Below, piece by piece: positions 1 through 14,156 of a DNA stretch of 64,000 nucleotides. The first letter of the stretch is position 1; the number at the start of each line of letters is the position of its first letter. This DNA comes from Rhizophagus irregularis. Taxonomy: Eukaryota. Made by a program: the position numbers and the translations under genes. The notes under the pieces are model-generated. The model did no database searches, was not told the origin of the DNA, and was given only the letters and a program-made list of their open reading frames with translations. The DNA is taken from positions 3,906,001-3,970,000 of the forward strand of contig NC_089430.1 of assembly GCF_026210795.1 (NCBI RefSeq), read 5' to 3'.

Positions 1-149
1 ATCTAATTTTAAGTTTATGCTTCAATCTCGAATTATCAGTTCGGAATGTCGATTATTAAATGAAAAAATTTTCCGACATTGTTCATTATTTTTATTTTTT
101 CTGCGCCTAAAAAAAGAATTGGATCTTCGACTTCAAATAAATAAATGAA

Positions 150-246
150 AATCAAAAAAAATAAAATAAAATAAAATAAAATAAAATATAAAAAAAAAAG
201 TAAAATAAAATAAAATAAATTAAAATAAAATAAAATAAAAAAAAAA
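150..246. repeat. (AAAAT)n low-complexity microsatellite
   Basis: Imperfect tandem AAAAT repeats. Confidence 0.85.
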
Positions 247-3200
247 ACTTTTTTACTTATGAAGGTATAAATAAATGCAAATGATGACATACTGTACTTT
301 TTTTATTATTATCAGACTATCCATTTAATTAATTTTCGGGATATTGATAAAGTTTAAAATTTCATCATGTCACGTGTGAAAAATCGACAGTCGATTTTTC
401 ACTTGAATTTTTAATTTCAAATACAAATGATATTATCCCTATTATCCCTATTATCCCTTCAAGAAATCTTAAACTTATTACATGAGATAATAATAATTAA
501 AATGAGATTTCTTCCCTCCTGTCTCCATAAAGATTTCATATTCATTACCAAATAAAGTTGAATAAAAAGATAAAAAATTGTTAAACCGAGTGATAAACTC
601 TGAAAGGAAGATTACATCGGAAACTGACCGAATATAGTATCATATTTCCGGGATGACTCCGGAATTTTCACAAAGTAAGGCTAAATATAATACGAATTTA
701 TCCGAATCAGAACTTTTTAGTAAATTTGTGAAACCATGGATCTAAAACCTTATGGGCGACACCATGTATTATATGTATTAAGTTGCAAGCATTTCATAAT
801 TTTTTTTACCGGAATTGTAAACTAACCTCATGTAAATAAATCAACGTTTCATATATTCTTCAATTGTTTAGTAAAAATAACTTGGTTCAAAATTATTAAT
901 TCAAATTCTCATTGTTTCACCATTAACTGATTTTAGAACCTCATTAAATTTTGTGCCCCGCAATTATGGCAAATTTCCTTTTATGTATCTACGATTTTCT
1001 AGACGATCATCACAAATCTGGCTATCACTTTAATATCATAGCACAAATTAAAATACCCTCTGAAACCAGTATTTTTATCGTTAAAAAAAAAAAATGAGTC
1101 AAAATTTGTATGTATATTGTACGCATATTTTTTGACAAAGAAATCTTGTTTTTAATCTTTTTTATTATTAATGTTTATATTTTTGTATAATTTCTAAAAC
1201 TATACTTAATTTATCCCTTTGAAACATATTATTACTATATTTGGTTCTATTCATTGTTAATATATAGATTCCTTGTTAAAAATAAAAAGACTCCCGTGCA
1301 CAATACTTCACTTATTTGATATTATAGAGTTCATTTTTATCGATGAAACCTTTATATACATTATATATATATATATATATATATTTCGTTGTTTATAATT
1401 TATTTATACAATCATTATTACTTGAAACTTTAAAGGTTTCGATTCTTACTTTTTTTAAATAACATTGTTATTCTGATCATATAATAAAACAAACATGTGT
1501 AAATAAAATTAATTTAAGATTAGGTTGGAAAATTCCCGAATTTCCTTATGGTTTTCATAAATATTAATTGATTGATTTTTGTGATAAATAACAAAGAATA
1601 TCATTTTTACCATAAAGATTACGCCAATTTTATATATAATTTATTTATATAAAATTTCTTTGATCCATTTATTCTTTCTTTTCATTTTAATCCCATTCAT
1701 TATGGAAACTAGAAACCTATTCATTGTGTGATGTTGTGGCTGAATCACGGTATTTTTTAATATTAATTGTACCTTTTAATTTGGGTTCATTCAGAATATC
1801 ATTTTTTTCATTCTTATATCTATGAACCCTTTTAACCTTTTTGACACACAAATTGGATCGTTGATGACGCCACAAATTTTGTATTTGGTTAGAATGTACA
1901 TGACGACAACGTACTGCCAAATGTTACGTAGTAATGATTTTATGGCTCTATTGTATTTGTCTTTGTAAAAAAAAAAAATTTTAATTTTTTTTGTCATGTT
2001 ACATCCATTATATTTGTTATCTATTGTTTTATCCTTGAATCAAATCAAATAAAGTCTATTAAATAATGTACGTTTTGAAATTTGTTGTAAATTATCCAAA
2101 AAAAAATAAATTTATTCATTTTTCTAACGATTTACAGAAAATTTTAAACGCGAAATTATTTGATACAATGAAGAGAACAAGGATAAGTACATACATATTG
2201 AAGCATTGATTTTTTTTGGGGGTTCTTGGGGTGGTAAATTTAAGTGAACTTATAAAATGTCATTTTTTTTTTTTGGCCCACCTTACAAGCCTCACGGGCC
2301 TCACCTCTTTTTTTTTTTTTTTTATTTTCTTTTAAGAAAACCTAGACCGGTCTAATATTAAATTTTTGTTGGCTAAAAATACAATGACCTATTTTTTTTT
2401 TATTATAGTAACTATTAAATACTTTTTTTAGCATCTTTCAAAAAAGATTATTTCATGTATTTATAAATCAAATGAAAATACTTTTTGAATAATTTTAAAT
2501 ATTATTTTATCTTTAGTTTTTTTTATAATTTTGGAATTAAATAATTCTACTAATTATTAGATTATATGATGACATTTTTGTTGACATCAATGACATGTAT
2601 TTCATGTATTTCATCTAAAAAAAAAATAATAATACATGTTAGCATCAATGATATGTATATAGTTTTAAATGTAATAGTTTTTAAAATAATACATTAAAAA
2701 TAAACAGTATATTTAGTACATAATTTACATATATTCAAAAAAAAAAGTGAAAAAAAATTCATTCTGATTGAATTTAAATAGTTTTAGTTAATAAATATAA
2801 TTTTTTGATTAAAAAAATTTTATTGAATTATTTTTTAATATAAAGAAGTTTAGTGTAAAAATAATTAGTATCAATTTAATAAATATAATTGTTTAATTAA
2901 AAAAAAAATTTTATTGAATTTTTTTTTCTAATATAAAAAAAGTTTAGTGTAGTAAAATAATTAGTACTAATTTAATAAATATAATTGTTTGATTAAAAAA
3001 ATTTTATTGGATTATTTTTTTTTTTCTAATATAAAGAATTACCTAGAATTACAATATAAAATATATATGTATATTTATAATTAAAATAATCAAAATTATA
3101 ATAGCTAAAAAATTCATTTGACTGATTAATTTAATTAACTATTTGGTTAATTAACCAACTAATACAGTAATTATTTAAAATTTCAAAAGTAAAGTAATAA

Positions 3201-4039
3201 ATATTATATGAAAAATCAGTTAAAAAAATACTCCAAAACTTTGTAAATATAATACATTTATGGAAAAATAACCAAAAATCTAAGCAATTTTCATATTTTA
3301 GTAAGACTTTAAATTTTAGAAATATGATACATTTTTAAAAATAATAGGAAATAAAAAATATAAAATAAATTCTTTATAAGATTTAAGTATTTAAATTAAT
3401 TACTGTTCCAATTTGATTATTTATTTAACGTCCCCACCCCCCTCTATTTTTCAAAAAATTTGAGATCTAATAAACATATATTATTAAATACCCCCTTTAT
3501 TTTTGAAAAAATTTAAAAGTAAATAAACATATAGTAATAAATATTTCCTTTAAATTTTGCCTGAAATTTTCAAATTTTCCTATGTTTATTTATTTAATTT
3601 GTTTAACTTAAGCCCTCTTTCCCCCTTAGTTTTTTCAAAAGATCTGGATGTTAAATAAACAATTAAATTGGAACATCCTTATATTAATGTAAAATTTTCC
3701 ATTAGTTTCTTTATTTTTAAAAGCATTGCAAAGATTTTTTTACAAAATTCCAGTTAAAGTAAGGATGACTACTAAAAAGTGAACTTGTTCTTTATTATCA
3801 ATTGATATTTAATAGATTATAATAGTAAATAGAAATTTGGAGTTTATTTTCTTCTTTACTCAATTTTTCCTTTAGGATTTTCTAAGGATTATAATTTTCT
3901 TTTTTATTTTTTTAGTTTTTTTTTTCAGAATTTTAGCATTTTTACTTTTGATTTTCTTTTGAAAAAGTTAAAGGTATTGAAATATTGATTATCTGAATTA
4001 AAGGTTTGATATTATTATTTAACTTTTTTGGATTTATAT

Positions 4040-4283
4040 TAAGGTTGCTTGCCGAAACCTAGGGGTTTAGGCAAGATGGCGTTTCGCCGAAAAGCGAAAT
4101 TCTGCTGAAACTATATTAAAGTTATATTAAAAAACTGGCGAAACTTTGGAGAAAGGTAAACCTGCCGAAACTTATTATAAATGCCAAAACTGCCAAAACT
4201 CTGCCAAAACTATAATAAATCTATAGTAAAATTTTGACAAAACTAATCGTAGGATTTTGAAGAGGTTTAGACAAGCAACCTTA
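4040..4283. mobile_element. 244-bp hAT-type MITE (family A)
   Basis: TIR TAAGGTTGCTTG..CAAGCAACCTTA; 8-bp TSD ATTTATAT (4032-4039 and 4284-4291); near-identical copy at 41219-41462. Confidence 0.92.
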
Positions 4284-4454
4284 ATTTATATAGATCAATT
4301 AATAAAAAAAGGCTAATAAAATTAATGGATTTAATTTTTAATTTTTACTAATTTAAATTGATTAGCAAAGGGGATCATCAAAATTAAAAATATTAGAAAA
4401 CTTAAAAACATAATTAGTTGAACTTAATGTATCTACTTAAAATTAAATGGGTTA

Positions 4455-5218
4455 TTATCCCTTAAACTGTAAGCAATTGCAGGCAAATTTGCCCGGAATT
4501 TTACTAAAATTTCAGCTCTCATCTAATTTTATGAAAAATAAAGCAATTTTAATAAAATTTTTTTCCAAAATAGTTTAAATTATATATTGTGTAGCAATTA
4601 TTATCATTTATTAATTATATATTAGGAAATTAAAAATTACCTATTGGTCAAAAGTTGTATTTTAAGATAATCACAAAATTTTAAAAAACTTTGCACTTAA
4701 CTTCAACGATTTCATTGATAATTGATTGTAGCTATATAAAAGCTTAATAGAATATGTAGAATTTGGTATGAGAAACAACTTTTGTTAATATAATTTTTGA
4801 TGTTTAAAAGTAGGATTTTGACTTTATATAGAACCTTAGTGAAAATTTTATTATACATTTTAATTATATACTCATAAAAATTAATTTTTTTTTTCTTTAT
4901 TTTGTTTATTATAATGCAAAATTTTTATAATGAAAATAAAAAGTTATAATAAATATTCAAATAGAGAAAAAAATATGATAAGAAAAGTTAAGATTTTACT
5001 ATATAAAAATTCCGATACTATTTTTGTAGAGTTAATTTCTCATCCAATTTTAATGATCAACCGCATATCTAACTCACATAATTTATGGCCAGAATGTAGA
5101 TCAATTTGGCTGCAAAATTATGTGACGATCTGGCCAAAATTAAAGAATTTTTTATAGCGTCATTTATCCTAATTTAGAAATTGCGGCAAATTTGCCTGCA
5201 ATACAATTTAAGGGATAA
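4455..5218. mobile_element. Non-autonomous TIR element
   Basis: Inverted ends TTATCCCTTAAA..TTGCAGGCAAATTTGCC / GGCAAATTTGCCTGCAA..TTTAAGGGATAA; superfamily unclear. Confidence 0.65.
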
Positions 5219-5224
5219 TTATTC

Positions 5225-6810
5225 TTTTTTTTTTTTTTTTTTCTGCAATGCATTTGATATTTTATTAAACAGTACAATTGACTTCGGAAAATACATAAAG
5301 TATAAAAAACTCCTAATCTAACGCTAACTATCTAACATTATTAACTACTAAACCACTCGTCATGCTATTAAAGCATCCCACATGTGCACTGTTAGATGAA
5401 GTTTTTGCTCAGAGGATATGATTCGTGTAAAACAGCTATTCTTAGCATAAATGCCCCTTTTTCTTCACAAGGCATTCACAAAGACCTACTACATTGCGAA
5501 TAAAAAAGAAAAGAAAAAACAAATTTTAACATTGTGAATGAATAAAACTCTGATATATAAATTCCATTCAAATCGATCCTTCCACGAGTGTCCTGAAAGC
5601 GTAGGGAGAGAATAGCATTTTTTATCTGAGTCATAGGATTCTAGGAATGCATTATAAAACCAGGACTGACCAGCTGTAAATAAAGCAAAACATTCACAAT
5701 TCTTGAAGTCAACTGGCGAAAGGTTCCATTTACTGTTTGCAAGTTATACAGTCAAACCTTTATATAATGATATGTCGGGACATATATGAAATTTTTAGAA
5801 AATATCGTTATATCAAAGTTATACCGATATTTATATGTCCTCACATATAGTAGGAAAATAAAATTTTATCAGTATATCAAGTTTTTAATAGTATATCGGT
5901 ATATCGAATATCGGTATATCGAGGTTAGACTGTATATTGTATAAAGAGGCGAACTCTAACATCGAATGTCTATTGTCATGACTTAAATTTTTGAACACTG
6001 TAAGCTGCCAACCATCATCACCCCCATTTAACCTAGCAAAGTAAGCTCTATCCAAATTTATAAGGGAAGTAAAGAAATGATGCTATAACTATATCTAAAA
6101 TTTTTTATTAAAGAAATGTAGTAAATAAAAGAAAAAAAAATTAAAAGATGAACAAAAAAGAAAATCTGGGCGCCATAATATCGAAGTTTATCTTTATCCT
6201 TCTTTCTCCGAGGTGTGTATGTACAATTGAAGATGAGGTCTAAGGTCTTTATCAAAGGTTGTTTAAAGAGAAACTAGATTCAGTTAGTTTTACAATATCG
6301 GATAAAGGATAAACTAAACATTATACCAAAAAAGCCATCAAAATTCTGTAAGAAGTAATCCATTCCGTAAGTTATCCCAAAATAGAAGTTTTCTTCTGAG
6401 TTGTGAGTTATTTGTTATTGTGCCAGCAATTTGCGGAAAGTAACTAGAAATGTGTTAAATTTATGATGTAATTTAATCTAAAATTCTTCAGATAGTGTCC
6501 TAATCGGGAGTCTTGTGACTTGACGAATAGGAAATACTGGTGGGTATGAGTAAATAATATGCGTTGAAGAAGGTGTAGAAAGAGGTAAAGGTGTGTATAA
6601 TTTGAAACGTTCAAGTAGGCTAGTTAAAGTCTTTCAAAGATAGTCTTGTATGTAGTGCTTAAGTTGTTGTGAAGCCATTACATGTTTCTTAATAGCCTGG
6701 TCGAGTATCTTGAATAGCGATGGTCTGTTAATGTAAAGAAAATTGTTGTGGATAAAGTCCACAAAATCTTTATTATTTAAAAGTTTATTGGTCGCTCTTT
6801 CCATGTCCAA
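5225..6810 (-). mobile_element. Decayed poly(A)-tailed retroposon remnant with broken ORF
   Basis: Poly-T at 5225-5242. The 3' segment 5340-5480 resembles 9120-9270. The minus-strand frame starting near 6805 (MERATNKLLNNKDF...) is broken by stops and by a MITE at 5749-5932. Confidence 0.5.
5749..5932. mobile_element. Tc1/pogo-type MITE
   Basis: TA|CAGTCAAACCT...AGGTTAGACTG|TA: TIRs with TA TSD. Confidence 0.8.
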
Positions 6811-8003
6811 GGTTTATTTATTCCGCTTAAAAAAGGTAGCTAAAGTTTGTCCTCATCTCGTCATTGTCTAAAGCTTGCTTATTTTAAGCGGTACGCCTCT
6901 CCAGACCGTCTTGAGTCCAGGAACCCTACAAAGAAAAGAAAAATGCGTAAGATAAAAAAAGGGTGAAGAGAAAAATTTTCTAACACTAAAATAAATCACT
7001 ACAGGTTCTTTGCTGTCAAGGCTATGCTTGAAGTGTATAAAATAAAATAAAGTGTATAAAATATAAGCGAAAATAATAAAAAAAATAAAAAAAATTATTA
7101 TTGAAAAAATATGGTCCAGACATTTAGCAGAAAGAATCTGTTATTATAACTATTCTTAAATGATGTTTATGAGTTTTTATTTCAATACTTTATGTAGTAT
7201 TTCTTTAAACAAGCATATTTTTTAATAAATAAGACTTAAAATGAAAAGTATTGAATCTGATTATTCATATATCATTAAAGGAATTTAGTGAGAATTATAG
7301 AAGGGTTTAGCCCATTATATTACTTTTTAATTTTTAATATTTTTATAATAATAATATGATTTATATTTATAGAGTAGTTTTATAATTTATCAAGCATAAA
7401 TTATAGAACTTGTAAAGGCTAAAATAAAGTTTATTTTAAATAGACTATATTTATATAGTTTTATAACTACTCAACTGTACATATGTGAAATTTTAAAATG
7501 AAATGACAAGTAGTTTATTTTGATAGATAGTTTATAAGTTTTTTGTATATTTTTGTATATTTGTATCTGTTTATATTATTCTTAATAAATATACAATGAT
7601 TAATATAAATATATATATATAATTATTTCAGAATATAGGTTTTGTGGTAACCTAACTAAGAAAGTAAAGCAATTGCTAAGAGTGATCTGTTTCATATGTA
7701 GTTCACCTATTGAGTTAAATAATCATCTGACAATCACACGTAAAGTAATTTTATATTATAACAAGTAGTTGGATAATTAATAATATTAGATAGGATTTAG
7801 TTTTGTATATTTTACTGTATATATTTATGAATTAATATTTTGTTTAATAAATTATCAAATGCATTGAGGCAAAAAAAAAAATTATTTCAGGATCTAATAA
7901 TCAGATTTTAATATTTCTTAGTTTATTAGATTCATTTCATTAAGAAAAATAATTAATATTGATTAAGTAATTTAATTTTAAAATTAAATCAACATTTTAT
8001 ATA

Positions 8004-8400
8004 TGGGGATGCCTACAGCAAAAGCTGGGGCTCAGCCAAAATTTTGATTTTAAAATTTTATTATAATTATATATTTATTAATCCAATCTTTTAGAGAAAA
8101 AAAAAATTTTTTATTCATAGCATATTAAAAAAATATAATATTTTATAATTTATGATTTTTGTATTTTTATTTTATTATATTTAATGGATAATATAAATTT
8201 GCTAGAAAAGAAACCAATGTTTTAATGAATTCCTTGCAAAATTTTACCCTAGTTTGCAAAAAACTGATTTTAAAAATCTTTAAAAATGATAAAATAAATT
8301 GCGATTTACTAAATTAACCAATAATATTAAATTGTGATTTTTCGCAAAATCACATGATTTGCCAAGCCCCGGCTTTTGCTGCAAGCGTCCCGCGTCCCCA
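8004..8400. mobile_element. MITE with GC-rich TIRs
   Basis: TGGGGATGCCTACAGCAAAAGCTGGGGCT versus AGCCCCGGCTTTTGCTGCAAGCGTCCC..CCCCA. Confidence 0.7.
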
Positions 8401-8733
8401 TATATAAAATTTATATAACATTAATATTTTGATTTTATTTAATTATTCCAAATTCTAGTAATTAGATTTTAATGATTTTAAACTATTAGAATTTCAACTT
8501 AAAATAATTAAATTAATTTATATTAAAATTAAATTGAAAAGTTAAAGTATTATCAATTAAGCTTCAGAATATACTTTTAAAATATTATATAATCAAATTT
8601 TAAGCTATAAAATAAACTCTTTTCTTTAAAGTTTAATTATCATTAATTGAACTTTGAAATATATAATTATCACTAAATATATTAATTTTCCATTTCAGAA
8701 GATTTAGTTCAATATAAATAAATTCATTATATA

Positions 8734-8915
8734 CAGTCAACTCTTTATAAATGCATTTCCCTTAAAACTGGATAAAAGCATGCAATTACAAAGGATATAT
8801 ATTTTATATTTATAAAAAGTAAATAATTAGAGGTTATATATATTTGGAACTGATTTAAAATATACATTTAAAAAGAGAATACATTTATAAATAATGTATT
8901 TATAAAAAGTTACTG
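8734..8915. mobile_element. pogo-type MITE
   Basis: TA|CAGTCAACTCTTTATAAATGCATT ... AATGTATTTATAAAAAGTTACTG|TA. Confidence 0.7.
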
Positions 8916-9036
8916 TAATATTTTAAACTATATACTAAATTATTTAATATATAAATTATACTAAAAAATTATTAAAGATTTTTAAAATGAATTATAAATT
9001 ATCTTTATTATTTAACCTGCATATCATATTATTATT

Positions 9037-9273
9037 ATTATTATTATTATTTTTTTTTTCAAAGTAAAAAAAATAAAGAAAAAATATATACAAAGTAAAA
9101 TTCCCTAATAACTACTCTAATATAATTAAACTACAAACCACTCGTTATACTGGTAGTACCTCACGTGTGCACTGTCGAGTGATCGTTTGACTCCATAGGT
9201 AGACTTCGTTTAGTAACAAGTCATCTTAACCATAAAAGGCCCTATCTTGAATGTCATTGACATGGATGACCCA
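9037..9273 (-). mobile_element. 5'-truncated non-LTR retrotransposon 3' end
   Basis: (TTA)n plus poly-T tail on the left; 14-bp TSD ATCATATTATTATT at 9023-9036 and 9274-9287; similar to 5340-5480. Confidence 0.7.
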
Positions 9274-11148
9274 ATCATATTATTATTTAATTTATATAAT
9301 TATATTATATTACTATATTGTTTTATTTGTCAATTACAATATTATTTTAATATCAGAAATAGTTGAATTTTTTTTGATTTCATAAAGTTTCTATTTTTAT
9401 ATAGTTTTTGCTGATATATTGTATTAATATTAGAATTCTTAAACCAAATTTTCCATATTCTAATTTTGGTTCATGTGATCATTTAATATATCAAATATGT
9501 AGCTAATATATTTGATTAATAAATATGAGTTCAGATGCAATATATAGCATTTTACTAGGACCTGGACATTACATATACAACTTAGAGAATAACTTTTTAG
9601 CAAATTGGTCTAAATTTCAAAAAAAAATCACATTTTTTGCGATTATCTCGGCATCCAGTGATCCAATTTATGCGAACTTTTTTTGTTTTGTAGTCCCCAT
9701 CAAGCTTTACAAAATAAAAAAAAAATTCGCATGAATCAGATCAGGACCCTGAATAATACTAATATAACTCACAAGTGAACTTTAAGTACTGAAGTAAAAA
9801 TACATTTTATGATATAACTCTGTTAATATTGAAGCTAAGAATTCAATTTTACTATCATTAGAATCCTCTCATTAAGACGAATCTAATGATATAAATTTTA
9901 TTAAAATCGAATCACTGGTTGTGTTAAAAACAGGAGTATGTAGGATAACAAAATTTTAAAAATACCTCTATAATATGCAACTTTTGAAAAATTTTAATAT
10001 AAACTCTACATAAACTCAAATGTGAGTTGTATCAGTATTGTTTGAGTCCTATCAAATCACTAGATGCCAAGATAATCACAAAAAACTAAAAATAAAAAAA
10101 GAGTAAATTTGGTTTTTTTTAGCAAAAAGTTAGTTGTAAGTTTTATAAGAGATGTTCAGAGTCCTATTTTACTATATAATTTTATTATATTCAGTATAAT
10201 TAATCATTTTAGTTTGATATAATAAGTTTTCAATATATTTAGATTCATTATATATATTCAGTAATAAGTGATACTATACTTTTAAAATATTATATAATTA
10301 AATTTTAGAAATTTGCTACTTATCATTAGCAGTGATCATTGCTGAAATCATGTAATTTTTAATTTTAGTCATAATTAAATGATTTATAATATAAAAATTG
10401 CTTTTTTGAAATATTGTGTACTAATTCATTTTTCCATTTTTTATGAAAATAAAATTGCCTTTTTTGGATTATATAATATTACTCAAATTTTTAAAAAAGC
10501 GAAAATTTGGCCAAAATTACAGAATATGACAAATAAGAATAACAAATAGACACAGTATGACCCTAATTGCTTCTGAAAAATAAAAACGTATTTTACAAAT
10601 AACTTTTGATCTAGCAGTTTAATTTTAATAATTTTTTTTTATTTTAATCAGGATAATAAAAGTTATTAATTAAAAAAAAATTATTAAAATTGAATTACTA
10701 GATACTGAGATAATTATTTTTGGAAGTTAAATTAAGTTCAAATCAAGTTCAAATTAAATCGAATTTTAAAGAAAAATTTGATTCGTGCAAAAGACTACTG
10801 GTGATCTGTTTTCTAAAGCAAATATACATATCAATAAATACTATTCTGCTAAATATTATAAGAAAAAAAAATTTAAAATATTTTTGAAAATTAATTTATA
10901 TGTAAAATTATTTTATTATACAAGTATAATTTCACAAATGATTTGCAAAATATTATTTATTACATTATATATATATCAATAAGAATTAAAATGATTTAAA
11001 ATTCTATTTACTTATAATAAAGGTCATTATAGAAAATTAGCTCTTTACTAATGATTTTTACTTTACTTTTTTCTTAAATTTTATTGGTTAATTAGCTAAA
11101 AAGAAAAAAAAATATAATAATATAACATAAAATTTTCTTTTATAATAA

Positions 11149-11327
11149 GGGGAGTTACACATATCACGTAATATTCATTTTCTTATAAACCTTACCCCCC
11201 CCCCTGTTAGATTTCATAACCAATCAAATTATAATATTTATAAATCATATGATTTAAATAAGTGTAACGTAAAATTTTAACTACCCCCTCCCCCCCTATA
11301 ATAATTACATAATATGTGTAAGCTCCC
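11149..11327. mobile_element. PIF/Harbinger-type MITE
   Basis: TIR GGGAGTTACACATAT / ATATGTGTAAGCTCCC; 3-bp TAA TSD. Confidence 0.75.
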
Positions 11328-11419
11328 TAAGATCTGCAAAGAATTTTATATATTTTTTATTTTAGACCTGAAAGATTAAAGCTCTACCATCTGACCCGAC
11401 AGATCAAGTGACCTGGCGG

Positions 11420-12660
11420 TGTAAACGGCCGAATATCAAGCACGAAAAGATGATAAAACACCACCGCCAAATGTAATTATCAAGTATTAAGAACGAACAA
11501 ATTAATCGTGGATTGGTGTGGATGGATAAATAATTAGCCGAAAAGGATAAACATTTAAGAAGAGTAATGATCTGCATGATGTAATATTTATTGAATGATT
11601 GACAAAGAACCAATAGGATAAATAGAGTCGATCATTTGCGGCTTAGCGATCTTTAACAATGAGAACGATAAGAAAGAATAATTATAAGCCACAAAAGATA
11701 GATTATAAGCAAAACACATAAAGCGGATTAAAAGAATATATAAAATAATGTCGGAAAGATTAAAGAACACAAAATAATATAAAAGATAATATAAAAAGAT
11801 GGCATAAAGATGGAACATAAAAGATAACATATCAAAAAGAACATATATAAAAAGATAACACAGCCACAAAAGATGAATTATATCTTTACGACATAATATT
11901 TGAAAGATTATTTTAAAGAAAAGATAGCACAGCCATAAAAGATGGGTTATAAATTATTTCTTTACGATGTAATATTTGAATAATAGAAAAGATAATATAT
12001 AGAATAATATATAAGATAGCATATTAAAAGATAGCGTATTTAAAATATAGATAGCACATTAGAAAGATAGTTCAAAGATAATATGTAAAAAGAACATAAA
12101 AGATAGTTTATAGATAGAATAGAAAATAGCATAAGAATTGTATATATAGAGAACGGAATTCAAAGTAATTCCATAGTTCGCATCCACAGAACTCAATAAA
12201 ATATAAGTTTCATTTAATTATTTGTTAATGAAGTTTAATATTAATTAAAGGTAATAGGTTCGCCCTAAACTTTAATTAATGTTTGATTAATTAATTTTAA
12301 TTAATGAAAATTTAAGATGAATTAAATATATACCTTTGGAAGATAATAATTCGTAGCGAGAGCTATTGCAGTTTGAAATCGAAAGTGGATATAAATTGAG
12401 GAAAATTCAGAGAAGTTAATTTTATTTTATACCGTTCAACGTTTTATATTACTAACGCTATTTATTTTGTGAACCAAGAATGTTGTTGTATATTGTTCGT
12501 TGATGTTGTTGTTCGTTAATTATGTTTTGATCGCGTGTTTGTTCGTTTGATTGCTCGTTCGTTCGTTTGTTTGTTCGCTCATTCGTTCGTTCGACCATGA
12601 GAATGCCCGTTCGATGTGGCAACCTTGTAAATTGATGACAGGGGGAATTGGGGGATCTCA
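11420..12660 (+). repeat. 5' LTR (1241 bp)
   Basis: TGTAAACGGCC...GGGGATCTCA; matches 16025-17265 with two mismatches spotted by eye. Confidence 0.97.
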
Positions 12661-12662
12661 TA

Positions 12663-12680
12663 TGGTGCATGCTCGCAAGA
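12663..12680 (+). promoter_or_regulatory. Putative primer-binding site
   Basis: TGGTGCATGCTCGC begins 2 nt after the 5' LTR; TGG is complementary to the tRNA CCA end. The cognate tRNA was not identified. Confidence 0.7.
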
Positions 12681-14156
12681 AAGGAAATGATCATCATCAC
12701 ATGATTATTATTAATATGAAAATTTAATTTCGTTAGTAAGTCACTGATAGGTATTATTAATCAATATTTTATTTTAGAATTTATTTTTAGATTTCAGGTT
12801 TTGACGAGTTCAAAAGGAACCAATAAATCAACGAGGATTTAACGAGTTAAAAACTTGAAAAGGCGAAAGATTGGAGTTTGAAGTTGTGCAAGTAATCACT
12901 TAATCGATAGAAAGCACAAGAATGTTTCTTTCGGGAATAAAGTACCTGAGAAATTTCATAAGGAGATGTGGAAGTTGAAGATGGATTTTAGAATAAAGAT
13001 TAATAATGGGAGAACACCAATGTATTATCCGGGGTTCATCTGTGTGGTATGGGTTACCTCTGAGTTTGGATTTTGGATGAATGCTCGAGATTGGAAAATT
13101 TTTATTCTTCGATATTAAAGATTATAACGTATGGGTTACGTCAAATCTGGATACCCAGCTCAATAACACGTGAATTGCTTTGGGGACGGGGAATGAAAAT
13201 TGTAAAAGACACCTACTATCAAGAAACATTGGATGGATAAAATGGGACAAACCTGTAAACTATCATGCTTTGACCGAAGGGAAAAAGATAGAGATAAGCC
13301 CAGTATAGGTCCACCAATTTAAGAAAGTTGGTTTAGATGAGTTTTATGGATAGCTGATGACTTTTGAAACTGGATTTCGGAAGATTAGATTCACCCGTTA
13401 AGAGACGAGTCGGCCAACGAAGGAGGAAAAGACGGATATGTTGTATTGTTACAGGTCCTAGGCTACATTTCAGATGAGGGTTCCTGGTGTAGTGTCCTAG
13501 TTCACGCTTTCATTACAATGTTCCGTTAAAAGAAGGAAAAAATAGAAGGATATTTACACATTAACGAGCCGTATAATGAACATTACGTGCAGTATTTAAT
13601 AATAGAGTAAAATCCGAAAAGAAGGACATTTATTTAAAAGAAGAACATTTATTTGAAAAAGAATATTTATCTGAAAAAGAACATTTATTTGAAAAGAAAG
13701 ACATTTATCTGAAAAGAACGACATTTTGTGTGTTATAGATTAATTTATATAATATAGAATATATAGTAAGAAGGATTTATGTGGACGATAAGAAAGATTG
13801 GAAATTCGCAAACCTTAAAACTCCAAAATTTTCATAAAGTTTGTGATATGTGAAATTATGGATCTTGGTGACAAAAAGATGTGACAAAAAGATGTGACAA
13901 AAAGAGGTGATAAGTGAAACTATGAATCACGGTGACGAAAAGATGTGACATGTGAAATTAGGGAAATCAGTGATAAAAGATAAATTTTATGGCGCAGTAA
14001 AAAACCTCCGCAGCCTGAGGAGATCGTGGACTTAGAAAAATTTTTGAAACTTTAAGGCGCAGCAAAAATTAATAGTAAAATATGGCATAGTGAATATATA
14101 GAACCGAAAGATGGAATTTAAAGATTGGAAGAAGTAATCTATTTAAAGATGGAAGA

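Noticed and set aside
431..459. (TATTATCCC)3 as a telomeric repeat
   Set aside because: Only three copies, not TTAGGG, and not at a sequence end.
765..2000. Possible gene fragments in the first 2 kb
   Set aside because: No consistent frame, splice pattern or motif could be supported.
11404..11869. Hydrophobic minus-strand ORFs, duplicated at 16000-16474
   Set aside because: Antisense by-products of the A-rich LTR; their identity simply reflects LTR duplication.
13350..13400. CTGATGA..GAAAC hammerhead ribozyme core (CTGATGA also at 25858)
   Set aside because: No stem III/stem I pairing or cleavage triplet could be formed by eye, and the 25858 site lacks GAAA.
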